This document shows positions 1-9,997 of a DNA stretch of 53,322 nt, piece by piece (positions within the stretch are counted from its first letter, which is position 1; every line of letters starts with the position of its first letter). The stretch is from a virus (taxonomy: Duplodnaviria > Caudoviricetes). The stretch lies in IMG/VR virus record IMGVR_UViG_3300047187_000003, positions 1 to 53,322 of that record, one strand, 5' to 3'. The notes beneath the pieces are model-generated. The model saw nothing but the letters and a program-made list of their open reading frames with translations. It did no database searches and was not told where the DNA came from. The translations under genes and the position numbers were made by a program.

Positions 1-128
1 CAGGCAATTATCACTTATAAACGTGGGTGTGAGTGCAAATGACCACAGCGGGGATCCACTGAGAACAGCTTTTCAGAAGACTAACCTTGCGATAACTCAA
101 GTGAATACCAATACAACGAACATTGCTT
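1..128. repeat. Terminal overlap, left copy (circular assembly junction)
   Basis: 3-128 is identical to 53197-53322; position 1 aligns to 53195 with one mismatch at position 2. Confidence 0.97.
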
Positions 129-766
129 TAAAATTAAGCAAGACAGATACGACTGCGATGTTGGGTCATTATGTAAGAACATCGGCAGGTATTGTTCAGG
201 CTAAAATAAGTCATTTGTCTGACTCCCTGCTTGCCAGATATACAAAGACTCAGGCGAATACAAAACTTAACCTGAAAGTAAATATTGTTGATACTGCTGC
301 AATGTTATCAAAATATGTCAGAACTGCTGGGTCAGAGAATTTATCCGATATTGCACCGCTTCTCGTTGATACTATCCCTCTTGTTACTTTCGGAGCAGGG
401 GCGGGATTAATAGCAGATACGGCACTCTTTAATAATGGAGTTCTGATAGGTTGTTTTTATAATGATGGTTCTGACACACTGGTCATCACTAAATTAATGG
501 GAATACTCAAAGAAGGAACAGGGACGGAGACAATAGCGGTTCAGATAAGCTGGCATTCTACTATGTTAAGTGGGTCGGCTGTCTCATTAAATAGTTCACC
601 CCTTGCAATAACTTCAATTACAACCGGAACGGCAGATGTTAGTTTTGCAAATGCAAAAATACCACCGAAGAAATTTGTTTGGGGCATTCTTTCCGGTGCA
701 AGTAAGGATAATAAGCCTACGTTTCTGAATGTTACTTTAAGTGGTTATAAAATTCCTACGTACTGA
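23..766 (+). CDS. 3' part of origin-spanning tail/appendage protein (true start 53142, about 272 aa) with signal peptide
   Basis: Joined across the overlap it reads MNKKILVLFFLLLSATTFGQLSLINVGVSANDHSGDPLRTAFQKTN. The INVG..ND..GD.LR..F.K.N motif resembles the T4 gp9/gp10-type N-terminus. Two internal LK....DT.AML..YVRT repeats. Confidence 0.7.
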   Translation: MGVSANDHSGDPLRTAFQKTNLAITQVNTNTTNIALKLSKTDTTAMLGHYVRTSAGIVQAKISHLSDSLLARYTKTQANTKLNLKVNIVDTAAMLSKYVRTAGSENLSDIAPLLVDTIPLVTFGAGAGLIADTALFNNGVLIGCFYNDGSDTLVITKLMGILKEGTGTETIAVQISWHSTMLSGSAVSLNSSPLAITSITTGTADVSFANAKIPPKKFVWGILSGASKDNKPTFLNVTLSGYKIPTY

Positions 767-1239
767 TGAAGAAGTTAGTAATATTTCTTTGGCTCATAGT
801 TGGCTCACTGCTCTGCGAGGGGCAGATGATAATTAAGGCTAATGCTAATTATGTGGCTCCGGTTGCGAGTGATCCTTATGGGCCGGAAATGATAACGTGT
901 AATGATTTTAGTTGTGCTACTAATTGGGCTGGGATAAGTGGTTGGGTAATTGGCAGTGGTGTTGCAACAAGCAATCATGCAGAATATCCAACAATGTTAA
1001 ATACTAATGCTCCATGTGTTTCAGGGCATATTTATCATTTTACATATAATATAACATCTTATACAGGAGGAATATTTTATGTAATATGCGAAGGAGGGGC
1101 GCGTGGAGAATTTAGAACAAGTGCAGGAACATTTACAGATGATATTATTGCAACGGGTTCAGGATGGGTTTATTGGGCAGGAGGAACAGAAGACGATACA
1201 TTTGTTATTGATAATGTTTCAATGAAGGAAATATTATGA
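766..1239 (+). CDS. Secreted beta-rich protein, possible carbohydrate-binding module
   Basis: Signal peptide MKKLVIFLWLIVGSLLCEG-Q; ends in IDNVSMKE, typical of jelly-roll/CBM-like domains. Confidence 0.55.
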   Translation: MKKLVIFLWLIVGSLLCEGQMIIKANANYVAPVASDPYGPEMITCNDFSCATNWAGISGWVIGSGVATSNHAEYPTMLNTNAPCVSGHIYHFTYNITSYTGGIFYVICEGGARGEFRTSAGTFTDDIIATGSGWVYWAGGTEDDTFVIDNVSMKEIL

Positions 1240-3245
1240 GAAAATTATTTATAATATTATTTCTTTTCATCGGTGTTGTTCAGGCACAGACAACCTATTA
1301 TATTGATCCTGCGGGTACAGATGGCGGAGGTCATACAGGATTAATTGCTGATCCTTGGGTGACTCTTTCTTATGCTTGTACTCAGGTTACAACATCTGGT
1401 GATATTATTCATGTAAATGCAGGGACTTATACTGAAACAGCAAATTGCAATGTCTCTGTTGGTGTAAGTATCGAAGGAGTTGGAGTTACTTCACATATAG
1501 ATTTTACTCATGCAGCAACGGATTATACAGATGCTTCAATCAGGCTTGTTTCGGGTTCAGAAGGAACGGACGGAAATCAGAGTATAAGTTATTTATATCT
1601 TGATGGAAATAGTCAGGCTTCTTATCATGGAGTACTTGTAAAATGCAGAAGTAATGTTTTAATACATCATTGTACTTTTATAAACTTCCGATACAATGCG
1701 GTTCATTTCAACGGTAAGTTGGCGGGTTATGTTACTGGCGTCCCTCCTGCATCAACATGGGCAACTGGTAATCAACTTTATAACTGTACAATTACAAATT
1801 GCTCAAATATTCTTTATAATTACAATGAAACAGGGCATGGTAATATCAGATTTACCGGACAATCAGGATTACTTATTCACGACAATACAATAACGCAAAC
1901 AGGAGCAGCAGCAAATTATAATGCAAATATTGTAGATGCTGTAGAAGGATGCAATAAAGGGTGTAAATATTATAATAACATTTCTTATAAACCTGATGTC
2001 ACTACAACCGATTGGAATTTTCACCTTGAGGAATGGTATATATATGGTGGTTATGAGGTTTACGGGAATGAATTTCATGGTGGAGAACAGGGTTTTGATG
2101 TCGGTGGTTGTGTAAAAGGAAGTTATTTATTTTCTGCAAAAATATATGATAATTTATTCCAGTTTAGTGCAAAAAGGTCTTTTGTTTCTCGTACCATATT
2201 AGCCATTAATCTTGAAAATGTTGCAACAGTAGGAACTTCATTGGGAGACGTAAAAGATGTTTCAATATATAATAATCATGTTCAAAATCTTCCCTATGGA
2301 ATAAATATGACTTCTATTGTTGGCACAACTGATTTTGAGAACATTGATATTCATTGCAATATTTTTGAAAACATGGGTTTTAATCCATCAGATTGGTGTT
2401 TTGTATTCAAGATTGAACCGCAAGGTGATATGACTAATGTTTATGTTTATAATAATGTTATTCATTCTTCTACAACGGGACAGTCTATGTGTTCATTTTA
2501 TTTCAATCCATCGGGTATTATCACTGATTTTTATGTAAAAAATAATATTATACTAAATGATAATGCGAGTATTGGGCCTATTTATGCAGAAGACTTCGCA
2601 GGTACATTTACAAATCTTCACTGGAACTACAATGATTTTTATAATAATGGAGTTAATCTTATTTATTATGCTGGAGCAAAAAGAATTATTAATTTTCTAA
2701 ATACAAATAATATAAATGGTGATCCTTTATTTGTAGGCGGTTCTCCTTATGATTTTAATTTACAGGCAGGAAGTCCTGCTATCACAGCCGGAATAGGTGT
2801 AGGACTCACAACTGACTATGCAGGTAACGCATGGGCAACAACGCCCTCAATAGGTGCTTATGAATACGACAGTGACCCTCCTGATCCTCCCGGACTTCCT
2901 GAAGTCGAAACAGGTGCAGTAATTTACACCGCAGTAACAGCTAATGTAAGTTATGAAGTAACTTCCAACGGGGGAGGGACTCTTACAAATCGTGGAGTAT
3001 GCTATTCACTTTCTACTAATCCTACAACAAGTGATAGAAAAACTGTTTACACATCATCTTTAGGCTCGTTTACAGATGTTTTAAGAGGACTTCATGGCGG
3101 GGTGACGTATCATGCCAGAGCGTACACGATAAACGAAAGCGGTACTTCCTATGGGGCTGACATTTCGTTTACAACGCTTGCTCAGTCTATTATTAAAAAT
3201 AGTACAAAAACTTTAAGATTAACGAAGACTGTAATAATAAGATGA
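1236..3245 (+). CDS. Secreted right-handed beta-helix (pectin lyase-like) protein with C-terminal FN3-like domain; candidate depolymerase/adhesin
   Basis: Signal peptide MRKLFIILFLFIGVVQA-Q; TYYIDPAG..., GDIIHVNAGTY, Asn-rich repeats, DF.LQ.GSPAI..G...SIGAYE segment, Pro linker, RGVCYS...TYHARAY..N..GTSYG FN3-like motif. Confidence 0.7.
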   Translation: MRKLFIILFLFIGVVQAQTTYYIDPAGTDGGGHTGLIADPWVTLSYACTQVTTSGDIIHVNAGTYTETANCNVSVGVSIEGVGVTSHIDFTHAATDYTDASIRLVSGSEGTDGNQSISYLYLDGNSQASYHGVLVKCRSNVLIHHCTFINFRYNAVHFNGKLAGYVTGVPPASTWATGNQLYNCTITNCSNILYNYNETGHGNIRFTGQSGLLIHDNTITQTGAAANYNANIVDAVEGCNKGCKYYNNISYKPDVTTTDWNFHLEEWYIYGGYEVYGNEFHGGEQGFDVGGCVKGSYLFSAKIYDNLFQFSAKRSFVSRTILAINLENVATVGTSLGDVKDVSIYNNHVQNLPYGINMTSIVGTTDFENIDIHCNIFENMGFNPSDWCFVFKIEPQGDMTNVYVYNNVIHSSTTGQSMCSFYFNPSGIITDFYVKNNIILNDNASIGPIYAEDFAGTFTNLHWNYNDFYNNGVNLIYYAGAKRIINFLNTNNINGDPLFVGGSPYDFNLQAGSPAITAGIGVGLTTDYAGNAWATTPSIGAYEYDSDPPDPPGLPEVETGAVIYTAVTANVSYEVTSNGGGTLTNRGVCYSLSTNPTTSDRKTVYTSSLGSFTDVLRGLHGGVTYHARAYTINESGTSYGADISFTTLAQSIIKNSTKTLRLTKTVIIR

Positions 3246-3526
3246 TACTGGCCTTTAAAATAGCAATTATAATCACTGTCTTTGTTAATCTCTGTGAACC
3301 GGGGATGATATTCTCGTTTTATGGCAAGTTAATTGACAGATTACCCGGCTGGCTTTATAATCCATTGGGTGGATGTGTAAAATGCACTACCGGACAGGCG
3401 TGTTTCTGGGGTTATATCATTGCTTATTTTCATTCGTATAATTTATTTGAACATATATTATTTATCTCATCAGGAATTATTCTCTCATTAATTATAGATA
3501 AGTTATGGAATCTTTGCGAGACGTAG
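3242..3526 (+). CDS. Small membrane protein with CxxC motif
   Basis: Hydrophobic segments; PLGGCVKCTTGQ. Confidence 0.6.
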   Translation: MILAFKIAIIITVFVNLCEPGMIFSFYGKLIDRLPGWLYNPLGGCVKCTTGQACFWGYIIAYFHSYNLFEHILFISSGIILSLIIDKLWNLCET

Positions 3527-3993
3527 ATTTTTCTAAGAAGTTTTTTGAATGTCAAGGCAGAAAGTTTTTTGTCCGTGATACGCTTTCTTTTGTCCGTTAC
3601 CGGGAGTTACAGAAGATAAATTTAGAGTTTGGCTATTCAGCATCATTTCAAGATACTTTTAAACATATCAGGGAGGCGTGGGATTTCCTTAATCAGACAA
3701 AGTTAGGCGAGGCCGCCGTGGTGCTTCATAACGTGATGTTTGGTTTGGTTAATCTTGAGGAAAAAGATGATCCTGCACTTCGCATATGTGCATTGTTTAT
3801 TGATGAAGAAGGGGAAGACCCGACAGTTTATGATGAGGGGAAGATGAGAGAGAAGATTGAGTGTTGGGGGAAAGAATTGTCGGTGACCCCTTTTTTTCAA
3901 TTGGCCTCCGATCTGGTCACAGATTGGATAAGTGCCTTTCAGATCGTTACCCAAAATGGTTTAAAGAAGGAGGGCGAAAAACCTACTACATAA
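3505..3993 (+). CDS. Putative tail assembly chaperone
   Basis: Directly upstream of the tape measure gene, with an overlapping -1 frame ORF. Confidence 0.55.
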   Translation: MESLRDVDFSKKFFECQGRKFFVRDTLSFVRYRELQKINLEFGYSASFQDTFKHIREAWDFLNQTKLGEAAVVLHNVMFGLVNLEEKDDPALRICALFIDEEGEDPTVYDEGKMREKIECWGKELSVTPFFQLASDLVTDWISAFQIVTQNGLKKEGEKPTT

Positions 3994-4136
3994 AAAAAGA
4001 AATTGATGAGATAGATAAATACTGGAATGATTTATTATACAATGTTTGTAAAGGTAATGCACAAGAAATGATGCAATTAAAGAAATTTGACATACTTGAG
4101 TTTTTTGATTACGTTAATAAGAAAAGAGAAGAATAA
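3960..4136 (+). CDS. Tail assembly chaperone -1 frameshift extension
   Basis: In-phase slippery heptamer T TTA AAG at 3960-3966; the -1 frame is open to 4136 and abuts the tape measure ATG. Confidence 0.55.
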   Translation, partial: FKEGGRKTYYIKKEIDEIDKYWNDLLYNVCKGNAQEMMQLKKFDILEFFDYVNKKREE

Positions 4137-6010
4137 TGGGTGCAGAAGTTACACTTGTCCTTAAAGCAGACAATACAGATATTATTAGGAAACTTACTGA
4201 AACCCAAAAAGCCCAGGATAAACTTTTTGAAGGATATACTAAAGGCTATAAGGAAAAGAAAGGACTCATTCAGCAAGAACAGGAAGAACTTGAGAAGTTA
4301 TTAAGGTGGAGATTAAAAACAGAAGACCCGGACATGGTCACCAAATATAACAGGGCTATTGATGACCAGGTTAAAAAACTCAATGAACTTGAAAATGCAG
4401 GGCGCAATGTAGCTCAATCCGGGGAGTCAGCAACTAAATCTTTGGGTAAATGGGCTTTAGGATTTGCTTCTGTTGCTACTGCTGTAAATCTTTTAAAGAA
4501 TGCTTTTAAACAAACTGAAGCCGGTCTTAGAACGTTTAATGCTATTGGGGCTATTACAAAACAAATACTTTATGATCTTGTTACAGCCGGGAAGATAGAA
4601 ATTTCTCATATAGCACTTTCAATAAAAGCTAATAAAGAGGCCGAAAAAGTAAGAGTTGAACAAAGAAAAGGTATAGTTGAAATTGCTAAAATACAAACAA
4701 TATTCAATAAACTTTATTTTGAAGCATCAAATCAGACTTTAGATGCTGCAGAAAAAACTAATATTTTAAATAAAGCTCTGATTGCACATCAGGCTCTTAT
4801 GGATAAAAAGATAGATAATGCCAAAAAAGAACTTGAAATAATAAATTGGGGAATAACAGCTCGTCCCGAAGAAACAACATTATTAGATGCACAAGCTCAA
4901 AAACTCGCTGAAATAGAAACACTTGAGGGTGAAAGATATACAGAGACAAAGAGACTTGAGCAAATGAGAACGGGAATCATAAAAGATGAAACAGAAAAAC
5001 AAACTCAAATACGAGAAGCTGCAATAAAACAAGAAATAAAAGACCAGATAGATGGTATTAATAATTTCATGTCATTGCGCAAACAAAGAGAAAAAGCTGA
5101 CGAGATAACAAGAGATAAAGTAAGGGAAAAAGCAACAAAAAAATATTTGGGATTACTTGGACGAGTCCAGTTTATGACTGTTGTATCCGAAATGATTATT
5201 AAAGAAGAGGCTGAGGAGTCCGATAATAAAATAACTGAAATTCATAAGAAAGCTATTGAAGATCAGAAGGAGGCCGATGAAGACTTATATAATCACAAGC
5301 GGGATTTAATGCAGAACGCTATTGGTTTGGGTGCTCAATTGTTTAATCATCAATTCGCAAATCTCGAATTAAACTATAAGAAAGAAATTGCAGCCGCCGG
5401 AGAAAATGCAAAATTAAAAACTGAGATAGACGAGAGATATACTAAAAAACGCAATGACCTTGCACGTAAAGCTTCAATAGCTGAAAAGATTGCTGGTTTA
5501 TTTAGTGTTGGTATAGATACTGCAAAAGGTGTAGCCAATGCCGCTTCTAAAGTGCTTACAATACCTTTGATTCCCTGGATTATTGCTAATGGGATTGTTC
5601 AGGCTGCTATAATTGCCGCAACACCAGTCCCTCAATATGCCAAAGGCGGTTGGACAGGCAGAGGGAGAAATAGAGACAGTTCAGGCGAGCGGGTTGCTGG
5701 TATTGTACATGAAGAAGAGTTTGTTGTTCGTAGGGGACCGGCATTAAAATTCCGGGAAGTGCTTGACGCTATAAATAAAAATGATCGCAGTCTTATAATA
5801 AACCGATTTAATAAACTATCCCCTGAATTATTTGGTGGGACAACAATCAATAAAGTAATTGTCGAGAACGAGGGACCAAATAAAAGACTTGATAAAGTAA
5901 ACAGACAACTTGAATTATTAAATAAACGCAGTACATCAGAGGAAGTTATTGAGATGGACGGAGCAACGATAATCCGCAAGGGCAGTTCAACACGTGTGGT
6001 AAGAAAATGA
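4136..6010 (+). CDS. Tape measure protein
   Basis: Long helical Ala/Glu/Lys-rich protein; C-terminal YAKGGWTG...AGIVHEEEFVV motif; position in tail module. Confidence 0.75.
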   Translation: MGAEVTLVLKADNTDIIRKLTETQKAQDKLFEGYTKGYKEKKGLIQQEQEELEKLLRWRLKTEDPDMVTKYNRAIDDQVKKLNELENAGRNVAQSGESATKSLGKWALGFASVATAVNLLKNAFKQTEAGLRTFNAIGAITKQILYDLVTAGKIEISHIALSIKANKEAEKVRVEQRKGIVEIAKIQTIFNKLYFEASNQTLDAAEKTNILNKALIAHQALMDKKIDNAKKELEIINWGITARPEETTLLDAQAQKLAEIETLEGERYTETKRLEQMRTGIIKDETEKQTQIREAAIKQEIKDQIDGINNFMSLRKQREKADEITRDKVREKATKKYLGLLGRVQFMTVVSEMIIKEEAEESDNKITEIHKKAIEDQKEADEDLYNHKRDLMQNAIGLGAQLFNHQFANLELNYKKEIAAAGENAKLKTEIDERYTKKRNDLARKASIAEKIAGLFSVGIDTAKGVANAASKVLTIPLIPWIIANGIVQAAIIAATPVPQYAKGGWTGRGRNRDSSGERVAGIVHEEEFVVRRGPALKFREVLDAINKNDRSLIINRFNKLSPELFGGTTINKVIVENEGPNKRLDKVNRQLELLNKRSTSEEVIEMDGATIIRKGSSTRVVRK

Positions 6011-7812
6011 GTATTATCCCATATAGCACAGGAAATATACCTACTTATAGGTTTTATCTTACTTATTCAACAATAACGTATGAAGTATTCCCTTTGAAGT
6101 TTCTTGAGACAACACTTACAGATGAAGTCGAAACAGGACAGATATTTTACAGGCGCAAATTTTCCGGTGAGTTACTTTTTGGCACTAACTCTAAAGTATT
6201 GGATGTGTCGGGTGTAGAACAGAACCGGCAGGATGACTTTACTTTACTCTGGCTCATCGAAGGCATAGACCCGTGTACAAGATTAGATTTAACGATTACA
6301 AAGACTGTTTCGGGAGTAATAGATACTTACTGGGAAGGATATTTCTCAACCTCGGACGGTAAATTCGATATTGATAAATGTACTTTTATTGTCACCCCCT
6401 TTCTGGATGATGTTTATAAAACCATTTTAGATAAAGCTGACCAGGAGTTTAACCTTCTTAATATACCGGGACATATTTCGACTACAGCTTATATTATGGG
6501 GCTTTACAATACTGTTATAACTAATAACTGGCTCCTGATGGTTGTTGCACAGTATATTCTTAATGTGATCCTTCCCACAGCGACAATATCAAGTCATTTC
6601 TTTGAAGATGCTACTAATTATGTACAGGACCCTTTAGGTACTGGAGTTAATTATCTTAGATATACTACAATAGCTTCAAAAGCCGAAGTAGTGGCTACTA
6701 CCTACGACCCTACTATTTCATGTATGATAAGTTGGAATAGTTTTATGGATATTCTCCGTGATATGTTTCAGGTTTACTGGAATTACGATCCTGTGACTAA
6801 CGTGGTTAATATAGAACATATAAGTTGGTTTACTAAAGCTGCCGGGCTGGATCTTCGTACTCAGACCTCTTGTGTAGCGATGAATAAATACGACTACAAT
6901 AAGCCGGATATGCCTAAATATGAGAAATTCTTTTTCGTTGAGGCTGATGATCCTAATTTCGTTGGGACTCCGATCTATTATGACTCTCCATGTGTCAACC
7001 AGGATAGCAGCAGTAATGTCGTAGAAACGAAAGTAAACGTAACAACCGATATAGAATATGTCATAAATAATCCTGATGCTATTGCTGATGATGGGTTTAT
7101 CATTCTGGCTAATTACTTCGATGGTGCTGATTATTATGTCCGTAGTGGTATGGGAGATTTCTATAATTCTTTTAAGCTCAATATGCATCTCTCGTGGGCT
7201 AATCTTGAGAACTGCTATTTTCGCCATAACAGGGTTCTTTTAGAGGGTTATATGAACCAAGACCCTAATGATGTTACACCTACATTAACTACTTTCTGGA
7301 ATGCCCGTGAGACTAAAATTCAAAATCTCAATGCTATTCTTTGCACTGATTATGACCCTGATGATAGTATCACTACCGAGTTAGGTGAGACATATTTTGC
7401 AAGGGAGAAAGCTACTGTTAAGCGAGGGTCATTAAAACCTTCCGGGGAAATTAATTTTGATCTTCTTTATGGTGTCCCTGATAATACCAATACCGGAGTT
7501 ATAGAGTATAAGGCTATTTATGTTCATCAGGAAGCCTCATGTTTGGGGTTTAGTTTTACTCTTAGTGAAATTTCGGCAGTAGATATAGATATAACATTTC
7601 ATGTTAAAGTTTATGATAGTATCGGGGGTTTAGATTGTGAAGCTGATGAGACGTTGACTATAACCGCAGGATTGATGTCTGTTGCTTTAAATACTGTGAA
7701 TTGTCCGCCGCCTATTCCTGCGGGTGGATGCGTGACTGTTACCATGCCTACAAAAGATGATTCCGGTATATGGTATATTTTTTATGATGATGATTCAACT
7801 TGTGAATGCTGA
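6007..7812 (+). CDS. Minor tail/baseplate protein
   Basis: Follows tape measure; beta-rich and acidic; Cys-rich C-terminus. Confidence 0.5.
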   Translation: MSIIPYSTGNIPTYRFYLTYSTITYEVFPLKFLETTLTDEVETGQIFYRRKFSGELLFGTNSKVLDVSGVEQNRQDDFTLLWLIEGIDPCTRLDLTITKTVSGVIDTYWEGYFSTSDGKFDIDKCTFIVTPFLDDVYKTILDKADQEFNLLNIPGHISTTAYIMGLYNTVITNNWLLMVVAQYILNVILPTATISSHFFEDATNYVQDPLGTGVNYLRYTTIASKAEVVATTYDPTISCMISWNSFMDILRDMFQVYWNYDPVTNVVNIEHISWFTKAAGLDLRTQTSCVAMNKYDYNKPDMPKYEKFFFVEADDPNFVGTPIYYDSPCVNQDSSSNVVETKVNVTTDIEYVINNPDAIADDGFIILANYFDGADYYVRSGMGDFYNSFKLNMHLSWANLENCYFRHNRVLLEGYMNQDPNDVTPTLTTFWNARETKIQNLNAILCTDYDPDDSITTELGETYFAREKATVKRGSLKPSGEINFDLLYGVPDNTNTGVIEYKAIYVHQEASCLGFSFTLSEISAVDIDITFHVKVYDSIGGLDCEADETLTITAGLMSVALNTVNCPPPIPAGGCVTVTMPTKDDSGIWYIFYDDDSTCEC

Positions 7813-9347
7813 TGAAAACAATAAACACTTCTTTGCCTATCTATGATCTGCTTTCAAAACAATGTTTTGAACGTGGTAAGGATGGCGGATTCGATAAGCC
7901 TGTTCCTATTTTGACACCCAGACACCGGTTACCTTCGTTTCAGTGGAACGCAGAGGCAGATAACATGGGGACTGTTACAAAAGTAGAATTAAGGAATAAT
8001 ACTTATACCGGAGCAGATAAAGGAACTACCGTAGTAAATAGTATTGGAAGTGGTTATTCTACATTTACCGTATCAGGTAATGCAATAACATCTGCAATTC
8101 AGATAGCTGCAGTATCATCTGTGGCTATGATTCGTCCAATAATGCCAGGGATAAAAGGAATGCCTGTAACTATTGAATTTACATTAACTTTAACTTCAGG
8201 GCAAGCACCTACATTTTCAATTATGGGTGGTCCTACCGGAGAATTATTAACTTCTGCCGGGCAATTAGCTACTGCCGGAGCAAATAAATTATATTTTATT
8301 CCGAACAGAGATTGTACATTTACTTATGTAATAATTGAAAATACAAATGTTTGCAACTGGTCATGTACATCTATTATTATTAAACAAGGAGATATAACGA
8401 GTCATTTTCCTACACTCCCTTTTGCAACTGTCCTTGCAGTAGATACTTATTATTCTTATAACGGTGATACGCTTAATTATCTTTTACCTGAAGGTATTTA
8501 TTATTTAAAAATAACTACTTCTAACGGGTATGTACTTTATTCCGATTGGTTTAAAATAAATTGTGTTTACCCAAATCTTATAACAACATGGACAAATCCT
8601 TCTTATGAAACATTTCAAATATTCGGTACGAGTATATTTCTTGCAATAAATAGTGCCGGAGATGGTTTGTCAACTGCCGGACCGTTCTCTGTTATTAAAG
8701 GCGAAACAATAACTGTTATTTTTAATTATACAGAAAATTCAGGCACTACACCTGATATGTATATTATAAATGATGGTTGGACTCTTAGTGATGGTGCTGC
8801 AATTACCGCCGGGTTAAATGTATTGACATTAAACCCGACATGGACAGGGAATGCTTATATAGCGTTTTCTAATTCTGCTTCTAATGTTAATTTCTCCACA
8901 ACTGAAGTTTTAGTTATCCGTTCTTATTCAGATAAATATCTTACAATAAATTTCCATAATGATTGTGATTTAGGGGATATTCTTTACCACGAAGGATTTA
9001 CCCAGACTGTTTGGTTTGAATCCGAGACAATGGAGCCTTCATTTCCCTTAGAAGAAGAAGGTGTCAAAGACGGTAATGCACAGTTTGTTCGTTCATTCGG
9101 GAGACAGGTTAAGAAATATATAGCCCGGACAAAAGAGATGCCTGATTTTATAGTTGAACTCTTTAATAGGATGAAACTGCATGACACTGTCGAACTTATT
9201 GATTTAGTAGGTAATGAAAATGATGTTTATAATCTTGAGGTCGAACATGAGTGGCTTGAGAATGACAAGTATTATGCACAGATAAATTTGACTTTTGATT
9301 ATAATGAAGCCTTCGTGATTGGCGGATGTTGTAACAATTTAACATAA
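7812..9347 (+). CDS. Minor tail protein with inserted beta-sandwich domains
   Basis: Tail module context; ATG at 7812 coupled to upstream stop; ends GGCCNNLT. Confidence 0.5.
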   Translation: MKTINTSLPIYDLLSKQCFERGKDGGFDKPVPILTPRHRLPSFQWNAEADNMGTVTKVELRNNTYTGADKGTTVVNSIGSGYSTFTVSGNAITSAIQIAAVSSVAMIRPIMPGIKGMPVTIEFTLTLTSGQAPTFSIMGGPTGELLTSAGQLATAGANKLYFIPNRDCTFTYVIIENTNVCNWSCTSIIIKQGDITSHFPTLPFATVLAVDTYYSYNGDTLNYLLPEGIYYLKITTSNGYVLYSDWFKINCVYPNLITTWTNPSYETFQIFGTSIFLAINSAGDGLSTAGPFSVIKGETITVIFNYTENSGTTPDMYIINDGWTLSDGAAITAGLNVLTLNPTWTGNAYIAFSNSASNVNFSTTEVLVIRSYSDKYLTINFHNDCDLGDILYHEGFTQTVWFESETMEPSFPLEEEGVKDGNAQFVRSFGRQVKKYIARTKEMPDFIVELFNRMKLHDTVELIDLVGNENDVYNLEVEHEWLENDKYYAQINLTFDYNEAFVIGGCCNNLT

Positions 9348-9406
9348 CCTTTAACAGATTCGATATTTAAGTATTTATTTTTATTCATTAATTTAATTTT
9401 AAAAAT

Positions 9407-9997
9407 ATGAGCATCATCAAATTGCCCGACTGTCCAGTGGATTGCACGGGGGTATTAGAATCAGTGAGTTTCTCGGAGTGCGCCCCGGAGGTGCATTTTG
9501 GAGAGATAGCGAAGTTGTATTTGTGGGTTGATTCGGCTACTCCGCCTTTCGTCGTAGTCGGGAATGTTGCTGCATCGCAAGCACAATATGATTCAGCAGC
9601 TTATTGGGCTACACATCTGAACGATTCAGGTGTGGCCGTTGATGATATACGTGAGTTTACTGTCATCGGCGAGATGCCGGAACCGGAACAGACTGAAACG
9701 CCTATTTCCGGGGATCGTACCGTGGTAGGGTATAAGAAATTTATTCTTAATCTTGAGATTGACGAGACAAACGAGACTAACTATAATTTCCTGTTAGCTT
9801 CGGAGTGTAATGGCAAGTATAAGGCTAATTTTGAGACTGCTGACGGGATCCTTTATGGTGGGTATCTTGGCCTGGATGTCTCGGTTAAGATGAATCAGGT
9901 CATCCCGAAAGAACGTACCGGTGTTGTTAAGATCATGGTCAAAGTAACCTGGTCGTCAAAGAATCATCCTTTTAGACAAATTTCACCCGTAGCATAA
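9407..9997 (+). CDS. Putative major tail tube protein
   Basis: 196 aa, beta-rich, IGEMPEPEQTE loop, AT-rich leader; assignment by size and context. Confidence 0.45.
   Translation: MSIIKLPDCPVDCTGVLESVSFSECAPEVHFGEIAKLYLWVDSATPPFVVVGNVAASQAQYDSAAYWATHLNDSGVAVDDIREFTVIGEMPEPEQTETPISGDRTVVGYKKFILNLEIDETNETNYNFLLASECNGKYKANFETADGILYGGYLGLDVSVKMNQVIPKERTGVVKIMVKVTWSSKNHPFRQISPVA

Noticed and set aside
1-128. Biological direct terminal repeat
   Set aside because: Length is close to a common assembler k-mer (127) and it falls mid-gene; best read as a circular assembly overlap
3868-3874. Lambda-type GGGAAAG slippery site
   Set aside because: Not in the X XXY YYZ phase of the 3505 reading frame
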